Below the pieces are notes generated by a model. That model did no database searches and was not told where the DNA came from. It worked only from the letters and a program-made list of their open reading frames with translations. A stretch of DNA of 54,362 nucleotides, filler included, from Trichosphaerium sp. ATCC 40318 (Eukaryota > Protista > Tubulinea): NCBI GenBank assembly GCA_038496445.1. It is 2 parts of 2 records of this genome, joined end to end, with 100 filler letters (N's around TTAATTAATTAA, not from the genome) between each part and the next. Parts side by side here need not be neighbours in the genome. Positions count along the whole stretch, not along the records: positions 30,919 to 54,362 come from JALMLS010000506.1; 1 more part is not named here. The stretch is one strand, 5' to 3'. Position numbers and translations under genes: made by a program. Shown here piece after piece: positions 49,240 to 54,362 of the stretch; the first letter of the stretch is position 1, and each line of letters begins with the position of its first letter.

Positions 49240-49676
49240 GTAGAGTAGTTTTGAAAAAAAAAAAAAAAAATAAAAAACACATTTCAATAGCCATTGGTTG
49301 TTTTGACAATTAAGAATAGTTACGGCCACCATATTGGCGTTTACTTTTGCACCAATGAATGCCACAAAATGCGAAGTGGGTTTGCTGTCATACAAAAATT
49401 GTCTTGTGTACAAACCAACGTTCTCATTTTGATTCATAGTTTCAATGTCTACTTTGGATATTTACGTAAAAGAAACCTTGGCGCAGCTTTTTCTCATGAT
49501 AGGACGGTTATAATTCGTAAGACGTTCAGTTATTGCACCTATGATTATGTACCTAAATAGGCAAATGACATATTGTACAGTGAGAAAAAGAAGTCCGAAT
49601 TCAAATATTGTTTACTGTTTTTTGTTCTGAAATTGTCACGTGCGATTCATATAACCACTTAGAATTTTGAAGTTCT

Positions 49677-50273
49677 CTATGTAACGACAATGGCTAGGTC
49701 GCTCGCTTGAATTGACAAACGGGACTTGCTTGGATCAAACTTTGCACACATAGCCAAAAAAGAATCAAGGTCCTTCTCGCAAAATTTTTTGTAATCCCAA
49801 GGCTTCTTCTCCAGTGCTAGTGATACTTTAGCGTAGTAAGTACTACAACAACTTACCATCATCTCCACCTTGCCATATGTACGTATAAACCTGTTTTTTC
49901 TCCACTTTAGGTCCAGTTGTTGATACAGTCACCTTGGTACGCCTATATTCTCTGTCCTATCAATATGTAAAGCTTTAGCGCTAAATTCGTTGTTTTTAGC
50001 GTACTTCAAAAGCGTCAAGGATTTTTTCTTCTTGTTCTGTCAAATTCGTTAACACACGGCCTTGAACAGACCCTTCCTTGCTTGGAATTACAGCTGGGTA
50101 TCCGTGGTTCAGTATACAATAGCGACAATGATCTGAAAGCACTGCGTCGTAAGCAGACGGTACTCTAGAGCTTATTGAGTATACGTAGGCATTAAGTGGA
50201 GAATCTACCTTTTAATTACTGACTCTAACACTCTATCATTCAATAGCGATCCGTACACGAATATTTCGCTCAT
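49677..50273 (-). CDS. AIG2-like gamma-glutamylcyclotransferase family protein, 4 exons
   Basis: MSEIFVYGSLL...HCRYCILNHGYPAVIP...VQGRVLTNLTEQEEKILDAFEDREYRR...VYTYIW...WDYKKF. Confidence 0.9.
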
Positions 50274-51657
50274 TGGCGTTAACGTTTGCGCGTTTACGTG
50301 TAAACTAAGCAAAGTTCCTTAAAGAAGTACTCGTGCGCTTAGAAACTTGTTTACTAGGATGCCATGCTCCAAGTTTACGCGTTGCAGTACTCTACAAGTT
50401 TGATTATGTATTCATCAACACGTGACATCTTTTTGATTTAGAAAGTGGAGTGTTTAATAGCTAACCCCCAAATGTGGTTATTATGTGATATACGGCCAGT
50501 GGTACCTGTGCAAATACTACTTCCGCCAGTTTCAGCCTTCTAGCGAAGTAGTACTTATGCAAGTTTAGGTTGTTTACACAAGCATTATCAAAAAGTAAAC
50601 AAAGAGTACTACGCTCTCAGTGGCTCTTGTTACAGTACGCAAGACTTGAGTATACTAAAACAGGTACATAGTATTTCGCGATTGCACAACAAAGGCGCAG
50701 AATTTGGGGCACGTGTTTCCATTCAAGGTACCAGTTTTTAAAGCAAGATCGTCTTAAACTGTTTGCAACATTTCCGTATAAGGTTCACTCTAGCGAACGC
50801 GTAAAGGTTTGGAAAGAATTTTCAAATACATTTCTTACTATCCAGCGATACGGAAAGTGAAAATCGTTAGACACCATAACGAATGATGCACAAGCAAGCC
50901 AACGAAGTAAACAGGCGCAACGCGAGAGAACAGCTTTATGCGACTTTCTAGAGCGTGGACGTAGAGTTACCATACGTCCAATAGCGTTAAAACGCGTCAC
51001 AATAACGTAGCTATTCAAGGTACAATCAACAAGCACTTTAGTGCACTTATGGTTAGGTTTTATTGCGAGATAGTGCCTGTTGCGTTTAAACAACTCTAAG
51101 TATAGCGACGGAAATAGTTTTGTCCTAAACAGGAGCGTACACTTAGTATTAATCCTACCTTTGTTCTAAATGAGTCGTAATGTTTTATTCGGCAAGTAAA
51201 AAACTAATCAACGCAGTTTATACCGCTAATACTCGAAGAGACAAACTACAAAAAGAAAAACAAACAAAACAGCTTTAAACAGCCTAATAGTAAATAACAC
51301 GATTATAAAATGCGAATACTTAGCTACTACGTGTCAGTTTTGGTAAGTAGTGTTGTTCTGCCGCTTTTGGCATTTTTGCGCAACCTGACTTTTCATGCCA
51401 AAACCACCGCTAAGATTTGTTCTTTTTGGTAGCGTAAATTCCATCACACCACTACGCAGCGTTCACCTTTAATTTCAATTTCACAGGTACATACACTATG
51501 TAAAAAGAGCATATAACAAAAAAAAAAAGACGTATTTCTTTGAGTTCCGCATTGTTTATTTGAAGTGAACACAATAAGCCTTGTAATGCTAGCTGGTCTC
51601 TAATGTTATTCATATGTAGGCTTTTTCACAACAAAAAAAAACTAAATAGCTCCAAAA

Positions 51658-52219
51658 ATGAGTGTCGGAAGAATACGATCTCAATCGTCTGCTGTGAACT
51701 ACGCTGGTGAGATTTATAATGCAAAATACAAAAAAAAACGAAACCTCACCAACAAATAGACACAGACGGGACATTACAGTTCTCCTTTGCACACACCCTT
51801 AATGGACCTGAAAGGTTGAGAAGCGACAGTGTGGATAGAACAGAATTTTTCAAAACGCACCCAAAAGTAAAACAGAACCTTCTAGGACATCAACGTGGAG
51901 GTACAAGTTCATTATTGTAATAAGGTATTGAGTTTTTTGCAGAATACAACGCGTACGATACTTCCAAATGGTCCAAGCCGCTGTGGAAAGGCGAAGCAGA
52001 TGGTACGTAAAAACACCTTCACAAAAACCACTGAAAAGGTACTGGTGAGTTCAAAAGTTAATAAATACGCTTGTAGGTGACGTAGACAAAGATAAATCAA
52101 GGTATAACAGCAGAACTTCTTCCTGGTCCACAGAACCCTGGTCTGAACCAGGTACAGAATCAGTACGAGGAAATAGCGGCATAGGTACGGAAACGTTACT
52201 TCAAAATACTGCTTGGTGA
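51658..52219 (+). CDS. Small hypothetical protein, 4 exons
   Basis: Clean in-frame splicing gives MSVGRIRSQSSAVNYADTDGTLQFSF...SKWSKPLWKGE...LLQNTAW*. Confidence 0.6.
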
Positions 52220-52429
52220 AGGATAAAATGTTGTTTTATTTAATTTACACACAATACCTTTTTTACATGCAATTTAAACTTAAAATCAATACGTACACGC
52301 AGTGACGTGTCGAAATATTTACTCACGAGCGTTTTTGTTATAAAATTTGTTGTGCACATTTATTTACACTTGTGTGTAGAAGAATCTTTTTATAATAGCG
52401 ATAATTCAAGTACTTCTAGCCATGGTAGT

Positions 52430-53558
52430 ATGGAGCAGTGGTCAAAGTACGCAACAGGATTTTTATAACTGCGAAATACGTACTAGACGTCTAACTTTGC
52501 TTATAGTGGTGAAAGACCGTCTACAGGTCTTTGGGGTAGCGCATCTAAAGCTATACCTGTAGCTAACACAAAAGAGAAGCAAAAACCTATCAAGGGTGAC
52601 TTACAGTACGCACTTCTTTCTTTGTATTTCTCAATTTTTTTTATTGCTTAACACAACGCTATAAGTTGTTTGTGTGGTTCTCGTTTAAATTGTAGTATTT
52701 TTCTCAACTCGTTTTTGCACTGAAAGTCACTTTAAGGCATATTTGCAATAAGTTGGTTTTATATTGACTGAAAATTTTTAAATCTTCGGCGTTTTTGTGT
52801 GTACTCATTTTGTGATAGTCCAATTCCGCATGGACATGGAGGCTTCCGTACACAAGCACCTATATCCTTAGCAAACACAATTGGCTCACCGTACGTCACA
52901 GATGCAAAGAGAAAAGGAAAAAAAAACACTAACAATTTTCTTGTTTTTTTACTGTTTTCATTTTTGCTGAACCATGCGATCAACACGTTTCATGCTGTTT
53001 ACTTATTGATTTACTAATAGTGATGATGGTCCCCTACTACAAAACTCTGTTGAAAACAGATTTTTCGATGGTCTCTTAGAGATCGATGCATCACAAGAGA
53101 TTCCTATTTATAAAGGAGAAGGACATTGTGTAGAACGCACACAATCCGGTTCTCCTGAAGAAAAATTGCAAGAACAAAAAGAAAAAGCAATGAGTACGTT
53201 GTGATAGTTTATAACCTATTTTTAAAGGTAGCCAAAGCAGTTCTAACACTTTTTAATCAGGTGTAATTAAAAAATTTGAACAACGCATCAAAAAGATGCA
53301 ACAAGACACAAATCCACCTGCTAGTGATATGGGTAACTATTATGGCACACGCCCAGCGCCACAGGTAAACTTATAAGTAATTTCTCAAAAACACGTAGAC
53401 GGTTCTATCATTTACGTGAAAAAAACCTGCTCCTAAATAACCGAAACAGTTGATTTTCTCACTTGATGTCTAGGGATATCCCCGCTGCCCCACAATACTA
53501 TACATCACGTCCACCAGCCCCTTCTGGCGTATACCACCCAGCTTATTACTACCCTTAG
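52430..53558 (+). CDS. Hypothetical protein with coiled-coil and Pro/Tyr-rich C-terminus, 6 exons
   Basis: In-frame splicing gives MEQWSNGERPSTGLWG...EEKLQEQKEKAMSVIKKFEQRIKKMQ...GYPAAPQYYTSRPPAPSGVYHPAYYYP*. Confidence 0.65.
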
Positions 53559-54085
53559 AAAAACTTATTAGCAAAAAGATTCAAAATTTAATTTAGCAAT
53601 ATTTAGTGGGTAGAAATAATCGTATTAAAGGGAGAGAGACATCTAATGAACAAGGGAAAGGTAGTGGTAATGATACTATTGTCTATAATACTCTACAAAA
53701 GTTTTTGTAGAGCGACAAAAAAAAAAGGGTTTCTCCTTCTCTATATTTACACCCTATGCTTTAAACTACCTTATCCCCTCCTTCAACCAGAAGCCTCTCT
53801 CCCTTTTTGTAATGTTTTGTATTATCATTTATATGTACAATAGATTCTTCACCATCGTTTACATCAATAAAAAAAACCATTAAAAAAAACTTAACCCTTT
53901 GTGTCTTGCTTAATGTACTTTCTGCAGAAAAAGGCGAATTTTGTGCCAAAAGAGTCTAAATTAGTCCGAAAGGGTGGTTTAATGCACCATACAATCTGTT
54001 GGTTATCACGTTTTTAAAGGGACGTCATGTGAAAAGTACAGTTCATTGAATGAACATTAACGGATAATCTCGTAAGGAAACTGCT

Positions 54086-54362
54086 TCATTCGCCCCATAG
54101 TTCATCAGGCCACTCACTATGTGTCATCAGCCTTCCAACCCACATGCTTTGTTCTCTCAGTTGTCCATTTTCATACCACTCTTTAACTTGACCATGTTCT
54201 TTACCTTTAACCCACATACTTTTTATCTTCAGCTGTCCGTTGTGATACCACTCATTGATTTCACCATGTTGTGTGCCATCAACCCATGTGCTTTGTTCCT
54301 TGAGTTTACCAGTATTGTACCATGTCGTGAGTTGGCCATTTTGTTTACCATCAACCCACATA
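54086..54362 (-). CDS. 3' end of another MORN2/YwqK-type repeat gene (extends beyond window)
   Basis: WVDGKQNGQLTTWYNTGKLKEQSTWVDG...WYENGQLREQSMWV. Confidence 0.8.
   Translation of the reverse strand, partial: MWVDGKQNGQLTTWYNTGKLKEQSTWVDGTQHGEINEWYHNGQLKIKSMWVKGKEHGQVKEWYENGQLREQSMWVGRLMTHSEWPDELWGE

Noticed and set aside
50780-51100. CpG-richer segment with a small GGACGTA/TACGTCC hairpin as a possible snoRNA
   Set aside because: No convincing C/D or H/ACA boxes or terminal stem.
1-54362. Alternative genetic code suggested by fragmented ORFs
   Set aside because: Fragmentation is explained by short introns. TAA, TAG and TGA all terminate well-supported genes.

Overview
AT-rich eukaryotic nuclear DNA with many short GT-AG introns (about 30-100 nt, donors often GTACG/GTAAG). 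Gene content (filamin/ABP-120-like, Roco, many Rho/F-box genes, giant-virus-like repeat proteins) suggests an amoeboid protist; this is inference. A 100-bp artificial spacer (44N-TTAATTAATTAA-44N, 30819-30918) joins two contigs. All gene models were spliced by hand. Ordinary genes: PMCA-type Ca2+ ATPase, Ran paralog, 2OG-Fe(II) oxygenase, filamin-like protein, GT32 glycosyltransferase, AIG2/GGCT-like protein, PT-repeat surface proteins. The rest is a dynamic accessory region. Mobile DNA: a 5'-truncated RNase H-bearing LINE with a 13-bp TSD, an L1-type RT relic, and two copies of a ~360-bp MITE with 8-bp TSDs. There are also gene fragments (alliinase/TAA1-like, BBOX-like, ubiquitin-like) and intronless F-box/LRR and F-box/MORN2-repeat genes. 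The most notable items are three unusual fusions: MORN-Roc-COR-PARP(H-Y-E)-receiver-like, a myristoylated pseudo-G-alpha fused to BTB, and an F-box fused to a degenerate Hsp70-like segment. Also notable are a tRNA-Val(TAC) with a mismatched acceptor stem and roughly 10-fold enrichment of CACGTG.
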